In this document: positions 26,373 to 39,337 of the stretch, one piece after another | How the letters are laid out: each line of letters begins with the position of its first letter | Position numbering within the stretch: the first letter of the stretch is position 1 | Assembly: GCA_000165425.1 (NCBI GenBank) | Contig: CT868452.1 | Coordinates: 1 to 64,000, forward strand | DNA length: 64,000 nucleotides | Source of the DNA: Paramecium tetraurelia | Lineage: Eukaryota | Direction of reading: 5' to 3' | Translations under genes and position numbers: made by a program | Notes under the pieces: generated by a model | What the model was told of the DNA's origin: nothing | Database searches by the model: none | The model's input: the letters and a program-made list of their open reading frames with translations, nothing else

Positions 26373-29300
26373 TCACAGGACACTCCAGGCATTTTATCCA
26401 TGTTTGTTAAAAATATGAGTGCTTCCTCCGGCTTCCATTAACATATCCGCAATTCTATAGTGTCCGTGGGCCAGAGCTAGATGAACTGCTGTATTGCCAT
26501 CATCCTTGCTTAGTAATACAATACATTTTAAATGTTGATGTCTGCTCCTCTTCTGACTAATTCATGGACAATCTCTCTACAACCACATTAAGCAGCTAAA
26601 ATCAGAAAAGTGTTTCCATCCTGTAAAGGAGCGTCAATTTACATTTCAGGAATCAATTGAATATTATCCATAAACTAAATACTCGTAGATAGGATACCTC
26701 AATAAAATTGTTATTAAAAATAGCTAATTTAATTAGTTAGTTTGTATCTAGTTTTTGTCTACGTTAAGATTCCTTAATCTGTGTTCTCATCCTTAAAGAA
26801 TTCATGTACATACTTAAAGCATTCTAAATCCTTATAAAAACAATACCTTTCCTTCCTGTAAAAGATGATATTTATCTTCTTATTCTTACATACTTTCAAA
26901 ACTATCTTCCTATTAACTTTACATTTTTAACTGTGAAATTTACTATTGTGGAGGTTATGTGTATTAAGTTTGGGATGATTGTTGATGTTGAATCTAGTCA
27001 ATTTTGCTCGAACGTCTTGATTCCTCATTTTAAGAAGAATGAAAAGATGAACTAAGATCTTATTAAGGACTGTTAAGGTCGATATGCTTAGAACTACTTA
27101 CTCTAAATACAGATTATTGAGATACTAAAGTAGGTTTAGTAATTAGAACAGTTGAAGTTTATGTAAAAAGGTTTGAGTTTTACTAATTAGTTTACTAAAT
27201 GGTAATTGTAAGAGGGTTAGTTAGTTCCCCTGTTTACATAGCTCTTCTGTTCCATTATTATGGTTGAGTAACTTAGAGTGAATCCTATTTAGTTAATCCT
27301 TACTAAATCTACTTTTTTGAATTTATCGTTTATCTTTTATTGATTGATTCTTTCAATTCTTTAGAATGTCTTCTAATGGAATTCTTTATCTATGTTTGTA
27401 GTAATTATTAGTTTTCAATCTTCTCATATTTGCTTTCTTATTTTTCTAATATTGCTGTGTTTGAAATTGGTTCTTAGTGTTCAACATCAATCATTTTTGT
27501 TTAGCAATTATATCTTCCAACTAAAATATTGGGAAATTTAAATTCAATAGCGCAACAGATTACTTTATTGAGTATTGAACTTCTTTGATAAATTATCATT
27601 TTTTCAAATACTGCCTAATGCTTATCTGTCAACACTCCCATTTCAAAATGGTCACACACTTTTACATGTTAAGTTAAAAGATGATTTTTTGTTTATTGCT
27701 CTAGGACACTGAGTATTGGTTAAAGATTAATAGGCATCTAAAAGGCCATCCTTATTTTTTTAATCAAAATCAAAGCTCCTGTTGATAATTCTATAAAATA
27801 ACTTAAAATTAAATACATTTTTCATCAATGGGATCATCTTTTATAAAATATGTTTATGCCTACTCTTGAGTTTAATTTTTATCTTTGAGAGCTTTTTCAC
27901 TCTTCAAAGTTCTATTCTTTTTAATAACTGGTTCTAAGCTTTTTTTTATATAATATAGTACTGTTGTTAGCTGGACTCTCTAAAAAATTATCCAAAGAGA
28001 CAGAATCATCAGATTCCTAACTTGATAAAGTTGCAGACTCATTAAAATATTCATCATATTTGAAAATTGTAGTTTCTTTTTCTAGACTGTATTTTGGGAA
28101 TTGGATTCCTGAAAACTATATCTTGTCATTTAGGTTTTCATTTGTGACTTTTCTTTATCTAATACCTTGTTCAGAGGTAGACATAACAGTATAAATATTT
28201 GTTAAAATTGTACTACTGGTGAGGGCTACTTTCGGAAGAAAATTATCTTCTACTTCCTATAAATTCTATTTTGTATAATTTGTTTTTTGCATCATTTTAT
28301 ACAATTTATTTTAATAGTAAACTCTAACATAAAGATTCGGCTTAATTAATTACAAATGTATTTACTTTACTAAAATCAAATTTGAGATCAGCACTATTGG
28401 TTGCCTCCTCTGAAAACACGCTTGATTGAATGGATAGCCTAGAAAATCGGTTAGCTCCTAAGTTTCTTGAAGATGAAACCTAATCAAGTTTTCGACTCGA
28501 TTGCATATTCTTTGAAGAAATCAAAGATAAAGGGACTATTTATCTAGGTGATTAAGGAGGTTTAAGAGGAGTAATATCTTCAGTAGTATCCTTGAATTAA
28601 TTCAAACGTTGAGGTCTATTGAATTGGAAAGTCATCTTTTCTACATTTTCATAACTAATCGTAACATTAAATTTGGTTTTTTCATACTCTTTTACTTTAT
28701 CTACCTCTTTGCTCCTTTATTTAATAAATTATGCATGTTTATCTTAGCTAACTATCAATACATTGTTTTATGTTTAAGAACAGACACTGGTAATTGATTT
28801 TCTCTACGATTTCGGCAACAAGGAGAATTATTCTTAATGCATAAGACTTCTTGAGGATGTTTAATGAATTAGATTAATCTTCCTTTAGAATGCTTTAGTT
28901 GAGACATTAAATTGTTCTACGTTAATCAACCCGAATCCTTTTTTAAGATGAACATCTTTAATGTAGTTCTCTTTTTTTTTCATGTTTTTTATAGTCTTCA
29001 TTTGTAGCTTTAATGCTAAAATCTGATTTCCAGGTTCAAATCTTTTTTAAATTTATGGTCTCTCTATTTCTTGCAGGACATTAAATTCATGCGATATGAT
29101 TACATTAAATAAGGACTAAATATATAAAATTATACTTTCCTTGCTGGAGAATGAAAGGAATTTTACACCGCTTTTTTGAATCTGCTTCGTATTGAGAGTT
29201 TACTGTTTGATAATTGATCATCTTGATTATTTGATAATTAAGAGACTTATAGTAAATTATTAGATTTATTTAAAAGTAATTGCTAATCTTAATTTTATTC

Positions 29301-29750
29301 GAATCTTTATTCGAAGTTACTTCTTTCTTATTCTCCTTATTCTTCAATTGTAATAGTTGGTTCAGTCATAATATTAATGAATGGAATCCTAGGGCTTTCA
29401 ATTTTTGGTTCAGGAGATAGTTTTGGTAATAAGGGAATGCGAAATTCATGTTTTTTTTTTTGAATGTACAGATAGGGAGTGGATGTGTGCTCAGAAACAT
29501 ATTTGGTTCTTCCAGTAGTCCGTTTCTGATATTGCTTATTGTCATTCTTGGGGACGAATTGGGATTTAGGGGATATTTGTTCAGTCCTCAGCATTTTTTA
29601 TTATGGAATAAAATGCATCTTGGGAGACACGGATTTATTCGATCTTATGGAGTGGTTTTACGATAGGAAACTAGTTAGTCTGCTGCGTTGTTCTTTGGGA
29701 CTTAAAAAACTAGTTTAAGAAGTTAATGAAAATGGGTTTGCATAATTCAT
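26373..29750 (-). CDS. Large protein with C-terminal ankyrin repeats
   Basis: DGNTFLILAAQCGCREIVHELVRRGADIN and DGNTAVHLALAHGH; the N- and C-halves join through a 25-nt intron near 28342-28366. Confidence 0.72.
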
Positions 29751-29765
29751 TTATAATATATATTT

Positions 29766-31596
29766 ATGCAACTATAAAAATCAAAAATCAAGCCCCCTTT
29801 TTTGCTTGACGGTATTGCAGCCGCCAACAAAGGGAAAGTGCTTTCTTATAGGCCTGAGAAGGATGTTCATCTTGGATAATTCTTTTACAATTTTCACATG
29901 CATCAAATGATGAGCAGATTCAAATAGGATAGATTGAGCTAGCGTAATTTGCCTCATTCCTTATCCAAATCCTTTGATTAGACTATTGTATTTATTTGAT
30001 TTGTATATTGAGTAGAACCAATCGAAGGGTAATATTAAATCTGGATTACACAAGGCTTCATCACCTTCGCATAAATCTTTTGTTAAAGCCCCCAATAATA
30101 CGCAAATATCCGAAATATCCAGATCCCTTTCCAAAGAACATTTTGTCACATTTCTTGATTCTCTTATAACAACAGTTTAGAATGTTTAACAGTTAGTAAT
30201 TACCTACCTCCCCAAAGAACAAATTGAGGGAGCTATTATCAAACAACAAAAAGAATTAAAAAAAATTAACCAAGCCACACAACTACTAACAAAGCAATTA
30301 AGAGCAAACTCCTTGACTCAAAGAAAGGAAGTAGAAAATGTAAAAACATAGAAGAACTTTTCTAAATTACCATAAATTAAAAAAGTTGATATCTCCATGA
30401 ACTCATAAACCGAAAGAGGAAGGGAATAATCCACCAGATATCGTAAAACCCCAGGAGCAACCGTTGCTATTTTAACCCAAAAAACTTTGGAAAGACATAA
30501 TTAAAAAACTCAAGAGGAATATGAAAACAATGGTTTTGAGCCTTACGAATCAAACCAAGATGCATAGATCAAACAATAATTACCATCTCCAAATGAGTGT
30601 TCTGAAAACAACAATTAATCTCTTAAATCCTCATAGTAGAATAAATAAGTTTAAATAGGGCTATTGCCATCACTCAGAGCTCAGTAACAGCAACAACCAT
30701 AGAAAAAATACTAAAAAGAGATTTAATTAGTACTTAGCAAACCAAAATAGCATAAATTAGAAAATTCCTCTAATCGTACATCGTAATCCCCAATTTAATT
30801 AAAGTGCAGGAGTGTTGGCATTAGAGAAGCACCTCCAATTAAAAATTAATAATAGAGTCTTAAGCCTGAGTTTAAGAAAATATCATCGGTTAAAATGGAA
30901 AATATGGAGAGACAGAAATCAAAGATTTAATCTAATTCCAAAGCCAAAATTAATGGTAATGGAAGGAAGGAGAATATTCCTATCTAGATTAAAATTATTG
31001 ATGTTGATGCTCAAATTGAAAAAACAGAATTGAATTCAAAAACTGCCAAGACAAATACTTAAGTGCCAGTAGAAATTGTGGAGGAAGTCGTCTAAAATTT
31101 TACCAATGAATCTGGGTTATTTTAAACTCAAACAGAAACTGAACAAAATAAAGTAGAATAGGAGAAGATTCAACTCTAAGGAAATACTTTCTTTTAAATT
31201 TAAGAGGAAGAGGAACATAAGGAATCTATAGATAAGTTAGATGAAAGCAATGATTTCAAGAAGGAAAGTAACAAAATATTAAATGAAAAGTAAGATGATA
31301 ACAATTTTATAAAGATGATCTAGGAATAAGTGAAATAAAACGATGAAAGACTGCTGAAGTAATAATAAACTGATTAATCTAACAATCTATTAGAAAGTAT
31401 GAATCAAAATAACATGCTTAAAGTTGTGGAGTCGATTGAAGCAAAGGATGAGGATAATATAGTCAATCCATTAGATGATAGTGAGGATTAGAAGAAGAAT
31501 GAATAGCCTAATTCTTTATTTGTAACTTTGGAACCTACAGAGCAAAAAAATTAGCAAGAGGCTTATCAAAATGAGGGGTTTGAGTAAGATTCATGA
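29766..31596 (+). CDS. Hypothetical Q/E/N-rich protein
   Basis: Long table-6 ORF with one intron near 29988-30015; low-complexity C-terminus. Confidence 0.65.
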
Positions 31597-31738
31597 TTAA
31601 GAAATTTTTGTTAATTAATTGTATAACATACTCGTATAAGTTATAATAGAAATAAATTATAATTAAGTTGATATATTATATTGGAATTGTGATTTCATAT
31701 AGCAATATAAATAAAAAGCCCTCCAAATATTATTTTTA

Positions 31739-32488
31739 ATGAAATCAAACTAATACACACTAATTTCGATTGAAGGAAACATTGGGTCTGGAAAAAGCAC
31801 TTTACTAAAATTGATGTAACAAAAATATCCAGATGTAAGTTCAACTTATATTTTTAGTTACGATTTATACCTGAGCCTGTAAATGAATGGCAGTGTATTA
31901 ATGGAGATCCCTCCTTGAATTTGTTAGGTTCTTTTTATGAGGACTCTACCAGATGGGCTTACACAATGCAGGTGTATGCCTTTTATAGCAGATTGAAACA
32001 TTGGAAGGAAGTTCTCTCAGATCCAATCAATCCTGAAGAGAGACATTTGATCTTAAGCGAGAGGAGCATTGAGGCAGATAAAGAAATATTTGCTGTGAAT
32101 GGACATAAAAATGGTTTAATAAACAAGTTGGAGTTTGCATTGTATGAGAAATTCTATGATTGGTTATGCGAGGAGGTTTTTGGAAAGAAAATTTAAAAGC
32201 AAATGATCATTTATTTACAAGTGGATCCAGAAGTGTGTCACTAACGAATGCAAAAGCGAGCCAGGGATGAAGAAAAAGTATTACCGCCATTTTTATTATT
32301 TAAAGAATACCATTTCCAAGGAATATCTGACATAAATCCATAATAGACACGAGGAGTGGTTATTGAGGGAAACCCATAAAAATACTTCAATTTTGGTGTT
32401 GAATGGAGACCAAGAATTCGAAACTGATCTAAAGTAGTAATAGCAGATGTTTGAGGGCATTGATAACTTTTTAAAAGGAATTTTATGA
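31739..32488 (+). CDS. Deoxynucleoside kinase (dCK/dGK/TK2 family)
   Basis: ISIEGNIGSGKST, EPVNEW, RWAYTMQ, ERS, RMQKRARDEE. Confidence 0.92.
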
Positions 32489-32565
32489 ACTTTATTTAAT
32501 TTTTGTTATAATTTTTATTACAATCCAAAGATAAAATAATACACAAAATTGAATTAATTATAGAA

Positions 32566-34561
32566 TCATTATTAGCTAATGAATTGCTCTGTGAGGCTTT
32601 AGGCTAGATTTAATCCAGTCACTATTGTAATTGGTAAAAAGTTGTTTAAATCTGGTTGCTAATGTAATTTGGGTGGTTCTGATTTAGTTTTCTTCAACAA
32701 TAATGAATTCTTTTTAGAATTGCTAGCTGATTTTTATTTAATCAATTATTTAAGAGATTCAACATCGATGAGTTCATCATATGAGATAAGATGTTCCTCA
32801 AATGTCTCTGATTAGGTTCTATACAAAATCATAGCATCTCTAATTTAGACACTTTCAGTTGAAACAACGTCTAAATCAGCCAATTTAGAGATTTCTTCAT
32901 AGAGGTCTGCATGATAATCTTTAATGTAGGTGGATAGTTTGTCATAAGTATTCTTTTAATAGTTGATGGTCAATCTAATTGTCTATGATAGCAAAGGTTC
33001 GCAGTTGATAATTGATTTAATTTTGTAAAACACTTTATTGATGTTGAGTAGTTGAAATGAATAATCTGTTTGTTGAGTAATGAATTAGTTATCATCATCA
33101 TATTTTTAGATTCTTCTTGAAAATTCTGCACTTTGTTTGATTTGTTCAATGTGGGTTTGAATTTTAGCGTATTTCTATTCTAGAAGATGAGGAATGAGTT
33201 TGTTTTCCAAGATATGTTTTTAAAAAATGTAACCTAGAACATTGATGTCTTTGGAAAAACTAATATTGTGTTCTTGATATAGATTGCCAGTTTATTCTAT
33301 TAATATGATGAATAAGCTTTCTAAGTCTTTTATGTATTGAAACTTTGAATGACCTGCCATCCTCACATTAGATTACGTAGTTGATAAATCAATCAAGGAT
33401 TTGACGTAATCTTTTAAGAGATATTGCTCATATTTGAGTGTGGGATTCATTCTAACTGCATACAATTATTGTAAGAATATGGATCTCAAGGGATGTTTGC
33501 ATTTTGAATATATGCATTGATTCCACATTTTCATCATCATCCATTGGATAGTTAAGGGGGGGAAGTGGTAGGAGGGAACTTATTCTTTGAGAATGATATC
33601 AAAAAGATGCAGATAGGGAGTTACATGCTGGTCTATTTATTGCATCCATATCAAGTACATCTAGAAATTATATAGATAAAAATCTAATTATCCAATTGAG
33701 TCATTGGTGGCTGCTGAACATTCTAGTGTCAATGCAACGATTTGCAAAAGGGACTTGATAGTCGACGCGATTATAATTATAATGTTGAATAATTATGGTA
33801 ATCTAAAAATAAATGCAAAGGTATTACTTCTGATCTACTTAAAATTCTCTTAAGGTTCTGATTTCTAACATCTTTGTGATCATTTATTATCTTGAATTTT
33901 GTGACTTTTTGAAAAAACCTCTTGTTTAATTCAGTATTTATATTTCAGTAATAGATTGGCATTCTTAACAACTCTGAAGTTTTTGCATTATTTGTTTCTA
34001 AAATTCAGAATTCAAGCCTTCTTTCGTCACTTCATCCATTAACAAGGGTGGATAGATGATATGTTGTTGATAAGCCTGTTGAAGTGATTCTCTCAGATTC
34101 TAGGGGAGATTCTTCATTTGCTTTCTAATCAAGCTCATAAACACAAAATTATACTTATTATGCATGAAAACTTCTAAGACTTGAGGCCATGAAGCATGTT
34201 TGGTCTCAGTTGCAAATTTGACAATGCCTCTTCGATCCTCGTACAACTTGTACAATAGATCCCCACATTTAATGGAGTAAGGAAGCGATGTGTAAAATCT
34301 TTCATAAACAAATTTGCTGGTGCAGTATAGATTCGTGAGATCATTAATTGTGAGAAATTTGCATATTCCATCGACTACTGGATTTGGTAATCGATTGAAA
34401 TAGGTCTCTACTCCCCCAAACATTGAAGAACTCATACTCCCGTCCGTAGTAAATCTAAGCATACCCGATTCGTTGGTTGGTGCAGTTGAAACAGACCTGC
34501 CATAACTCACCATGCTCAAATTGCTATTTCTTTGCTTGGCTGATTATTAATGATTTCCCAT
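32566..34561 (-). CDS. F-box-like protein with possible N-myristoylation
   Basis: Starts MGNH; F-box-like segment YFNRLPNPVVDGICKFLTINDLTNLYCTSK; long helical C-terminal part. Confidence 0.6.
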
Positions 34562-34590
34562 TATTCTATATTTATTAATTTAAACTAATT

Positions 34591-36111
34591 ATGATCAGAT
34601 TTGCCACCCGTTTAGTGAGATAATTCTCTTCTAAAATTGTAAATTCACATATCATCCTAGGATGAAATAATTGATATTGGAAAACCTTCTCTTTCAAAAG
34701 GAGTCCTGACTATTTGTCCAACCCCCATTGGAAATTTATAGGATTGGACTCCAAGACAAGACAAGGCACTCTTCGAGGCAGATGTAATTGCTTGTGAAGA
34801 CACTAGAATAACTGGATTTCTCATAAAAATGATTAGGAACAAGAAATTATCTAATGAACAATTGCCAATTCCAGAAAATCCTAAAGACTATGATTTAGAT
34901 GATGATGACTTCACAATTCAAGATGTTATATTTGATTCAACCAAATAACTATAAGTGTAACTATACATAATCCAAATTTTAGTAAATTACCAGAATTAAA
35001 TCAATAAGAAATCACTGCTGCAGATTTTAACTTTTATAAATAAAAGAAAATTGAAGAAATGAAAGAACGCGTAACTCAAGAAGTCAAAAAACAAAAAGAA
35101 TACTTATCTGAATAGGACCCATTACATTTTATGGGTAAACAAGAATATGAGGAAGAAGAAATGAATCCATCTGAATACGAAGTCTATGGATTGACTGCTC
35201 CATTTATGGTGTATCTCAAAAGCAAAATAGCTGTAGCTAAGAAACGAAAAGGAAGAGGAGTCCTAATTAGTTGTCATAAATTTAATGAAGAAAAAAGAAT
35301 TGACAGAATTATTGCAATGCTCAAAATGGGTTTAAATATAACTTTAGTTTGCGATGCAGGAACTCCTGCCATCTCAGATCCAGGTTACTAATTGGTGAAT
35401 AAATGCATTGAGAGAAATGTGAAAATTGATGTAATACCTGGAGCCAGTGCCATTTCAGTTGCTTTAAGCACTTGCGGATTTCCTACTGATAATTTTACGT
35501 TTTTAGGGTTCCTTTCAAAAGAACAACATGATAGAGATGAAAATTTACGATTTTTTTTAAAATCTCCTCGCACTTTAGTTTTATTCGAATCACCATCCAG
35601 AGTTCATTAAACATTATTGACTATTGAGAAAATCTTTGGAGAAACATAAGAACTTTGGATTGGTTTTGAATTAACTAAGAAGTTTGAAAAAAAAATCAGA
35701 GGAAAATGTAGGGAAGTCTATGAAATGTTGACAGATCCAAAAGTGATTAGACCGTCTCATTTAAAAGGAGAAGTAACAATTATTATTGCTCCTTATACTG
35801 CTACTTATAATGATGAATTAAGAGCTGAATAGTTCTCAACAGGAAACAAATAAAATGAGTTTTACCAGGAAGAGGAAGAAAGTATCCACAATTTAATCAA
35901 GAATGTTGACGCCTTACAAGTTGCTTAGGCTTTTGGGGAAAAGTTCCGGGGATCTGATAGAGAATTTAATGATGTGTTGCAGAAGGCGTTGAGAATATCT
36001 AAAACAAAGGCTACTAAATTAATTGTGGAGGTTAGACATATGTAAAGAATTGAGTAGAACTTAAAAAAGATAAGAGATAGGTTGGGGGAAAGAGAAGAGT
36101 ATTTTAAATGA
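34591..36111 (+). CDS. rsmI: RsmI-family rRNA small subunit 2'-O-methyltransferase, probably mitochondrial
   Basis: PTPIGNLQD, ACEDTR, LVCDAGTPAISDPGY, IPGASA, FLGFL, FESPSR, ELTKKFE, KGEVTI; Arg-rich presequence MIRFATRLVRQFSSK. Confidence 0.9.
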
Positions 36112-36182
36112 TATATACTTGGTTATTATTTTTGTACATTAGAGTTTATATTTTAAATTGTAATCAAAATAATCCTTCTGGT

Positions 36183-37233
36183 TCACTATGGTGTAATTTT
36201 TCTTAAATTTTCTTCAATCTCTTTTGCATGGCATCTGTGTCATTCAAAACAAATTGTGTTATTTATAAAGAGGAACTTTGTTAAGTTTAATGTTATTGTT
36301 ATTCATCATGTTATTTCTTATCTGATTGATAATTTTCATGTTCTTCATCCAATTCCATTATGATGCCACCTAATTTAGGAGGTTCTGGTGGTTTTTTATT
36401 AATGTTGACTACTACTAATTAATTGGTGAGAGGAGGACTTTGGTTAGTTTTGTCGTTCTTTTTCTATTTATCATTGACATGATTTAACAATCTGCTGTAA
36501 GACATTTTTTGATTTTAATTCTGATTATGAAAAACTGCATAGACTTCTTATGTATCTCCTGTTTTCTCTGGATTTTCATTTTTGGGACTTTCAGATCGTC
36601 TTATTTTTTATAGTTTGATTCTGGGTAGGCTTTTCTTGTTTTTCATGTTAGATGATTAGGGTAAGGATTGGGACTCTTGATTCTGATCTTCGTCTGAAGT
36701 GTCTTCGGCTTAGGGTTTTCCTTTCATTTTTTCAAATTATTCAGCTTACCAATTTAATAATCTCTTTTTGAACTCCTCGTCTTGCGGATCTTTTACTTTT
36801 TTGACAGCTTTCAATTGTTTATTGGGAAACTGACTATGAATTTAGTATGGTTATTAAGACAATTGAAATATTGGATCCTCTACAAAATAATGTGATTATT
36901 ACCTTTATTCGAAATCTATTTCATCGACTTCTTCTTTGGCAAGGCGAATCTTTTCGAGATAACTGCTAATTCCCCATCTTTAATTCCTACTACTTTGACC
37001 GTATAGGTTTTCTTTAGCTTTTATTCGCATTCCTACATGATCTATTGAACAGGTTTATCTTAATATTCTTGAACATTCATTCCAACCTACTATAATGAAG
37101 ACAATAGAGTTTATTTTGAATGGGCAACTTTGGCTTAATGAAAGTACGTTTGATATGGAGGATATAGCAATTTAGCCAGATGCTCTGCCTATCCGTCTTC
37201 AACTTGTGTAACTATTTTGCTTTTTATAGACAT
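36183..37233 (-). CDS. Hypothetical protein
   Basis: Table-6 ORF MSIKSKIVTQVEDG... with one intron near 36880-36902. Confidence 0.6.
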
Positions 37234-37275
37234 TTGTTATTATTATTATTATATATATATTTATTATTATTATCC

Positions 37276-37695
37276 TCAAGGATTCACAACATTTAATTTA
37301 AATATAATCTTCTACTTTATCAATCCTGTTTGGTTATCGTGTGCATCGACTGTTAATGATATTTAGTGTTCCTAACAATTGCTTGGAACCAATATCCTAA
37401 TTCTTAAAAAATCAAGTCCTAAAAATACGAATTCTTGGATACCTTTAGGAGGAATCTTAACAACCTTGTCATTCACAGTGCAATATTATGATTATTCGCA
37501 TTCGAACTTAACTTCCATTTCTTCGTCATCATAATTGTGGTATTTCACCTTCTTCTTTGTTAGGACACCTTTTTAAACATCGAAAATTGGGTATTCCTTA
37601 GGTTACAAAGGCATAAATACTTTCATTTAGATTGAACCCAACATTGAAGAAACCTCTTCAACAGGAAGACAATCGAATTACTCTGTCGCAATCAT
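37276..37695 (-). CDS. Small hypothetical protein (beta-rich)
   Basis: Table-6 ORF MIATEQFDCLP...FKLNVVNP-TGA. Confidence 0.5.
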
Positions 37696-37728
37696 AATTT
37701 TAAAAATATAATAAATATAAAAAAAGTT

Positions 37729-37801
37729 TGGAGTGTGAGGGCTTCGATCTCTCCGCCTCTTGAATGCGAATCAAGCGCTCTACCAAATGAGCTAACACCC
37801 C
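37729..37801 (-). tRNA. tRNA-Ala(CGC)
   Basis: GGGGTGT/ACACTCC-A acceptor stem with G3:U70, D-arm AGCTCA..TGGTAGAGC, anticodon arm CTTGA-TTCGCAT-TCAAG, followed by an oligo-T Pol III terminator. Confidence 0.93.
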
Positions 37802-37952
37802 AGTTAAGATATTTAACAGCCTCTCTGCTATATACTTTCTATAAACTCACACTCTTATAATAATATATTAATTATTCAAATTTAGAGCTTTCTAAAAATT
37901 GGCCTTTAGGAACTATATCAATTTAAATAAAACCATACTAATTTTAAATATT

Positions 37953-38691
37953 ATGAATGATCTCAACATCTACAATATCCTGAACTATGAGAATGTAAGT
38001 GCAATGCATAATTAATAAGTATGATCAACTCGTCCAACTATTCACTGAAAATGGAGCCTGTTAATTCTACTCCTCAATTTACTTGCACTCCCTCGACATC
38101 ACACTCAACAAAGAAGAGCCAATCAAATATCTAAACAAAAAGAATCAAAATTAATTTGGGATTATCAAAGAAATAGTGTGTTTGAATCTAAAAAACAAGA
38201 ACTAATTGCCATTAATAAAGATTTCGGTTCTCTAGACTTCATAATTTGTTTCATAATATGTAAGCACAAAAATAGCTGATTGGTTGGAATCCAGAGAACT
38301 CTTCTCATGTTAAGATACAAAATGGATTTGTTGGAGTGGTACAAAATAAACCTTTTTAATTTTAGAAATCTAAGGCAAAATCCTCTTAGTTAAGCATGAA
38401 GAAATAGAAGACCATGTTAAAAGTGATAAGGAGGCATATTTTATGAGGGCCTCATTTAACCATTATACTAAATAGTTTAACCCTCCTTATGATTAATGGA
38501 AAAGATCGTTTTGTATATGTGGAAATCCTGACAATAATGAAAAAGGATTTGTTAAGTGTGATATTTGTAAAGTCTGGTATCATACAGATTGCGAAGGAAT
38601 AACTTTACAATAATTTGATAGACTAAATAAAAACACAAGATTACCCTATTCCTGTAATAAATGCAAAATAGTCAAAAAGAAGAAAAGATGA
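37953..38691 (+). CDS. BAH-PHD chromatin reader (EBS/SHL-like architecture)
   Basis: BAH-like RELF and YFMRASFN..FNP, then PHD FCICGNP..FVKCDICKVWYHTDC..YSCNKC and a basic tail. Confidence 0.75.
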
Positions 38692-38739
38692 TTACTATTT
38701 AATTATAAACTATTTTTGAAGTATTTATTAATTTCAATT

Positions 38740-39286
38740 TTCATTCTGAATTAATTGAAATCTTGCTAATGGATAAGGGGACTCTAAATAGATGAAGTAG
38801 AATAATCGGATAGCTATATATTTCAATGTCTGACAATAATAAGAAGTTCTAAAGAATATTTATAATAGCATCCTTCAAAATTAATGCAAATGTTATAAGC
38901 CATCTCCATAAATAATAATTATGTTTTAATAGTCTAATAACATATATCTCAAGATGGTGACAATACGTAATCTTTATTTTGAATGATCTCCTTTTAGCCA
39001 ATTCTCAAATCTCTTTTGGATAATTTATAACCATGATAACTCAACAATAGAGCAGTAGATATGAATACTCCATTTCTAAATCTAAAATTAAGCGTATTAC
39101 TCTCAATTACCTCATCTATTTTTATTTGCTTGACATAGGTATATACATCATAAGTTAACCTCCTAGTGCACCTGATATATTGGCTACGGCTACCCAATAT
39201 ATAAACTTCATCAAACATTTGGACTCCAACTCTTTATGCTTTTAAGTACCTTGTGGAGATAATTTTACATATAAATTAGAATCCAT
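38740..39286 (-). CDS. Hypothetical protein (boundaries uncertain)
   Basis: Open table-6 frame containing the supplied ORF 38994-39218. Confidence 0.35.
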
Positions 39287-39337
39287 TAATATATTAATTA
39301 TAAAAACAAAATAATAATTACACTATTGATTGTTTGA

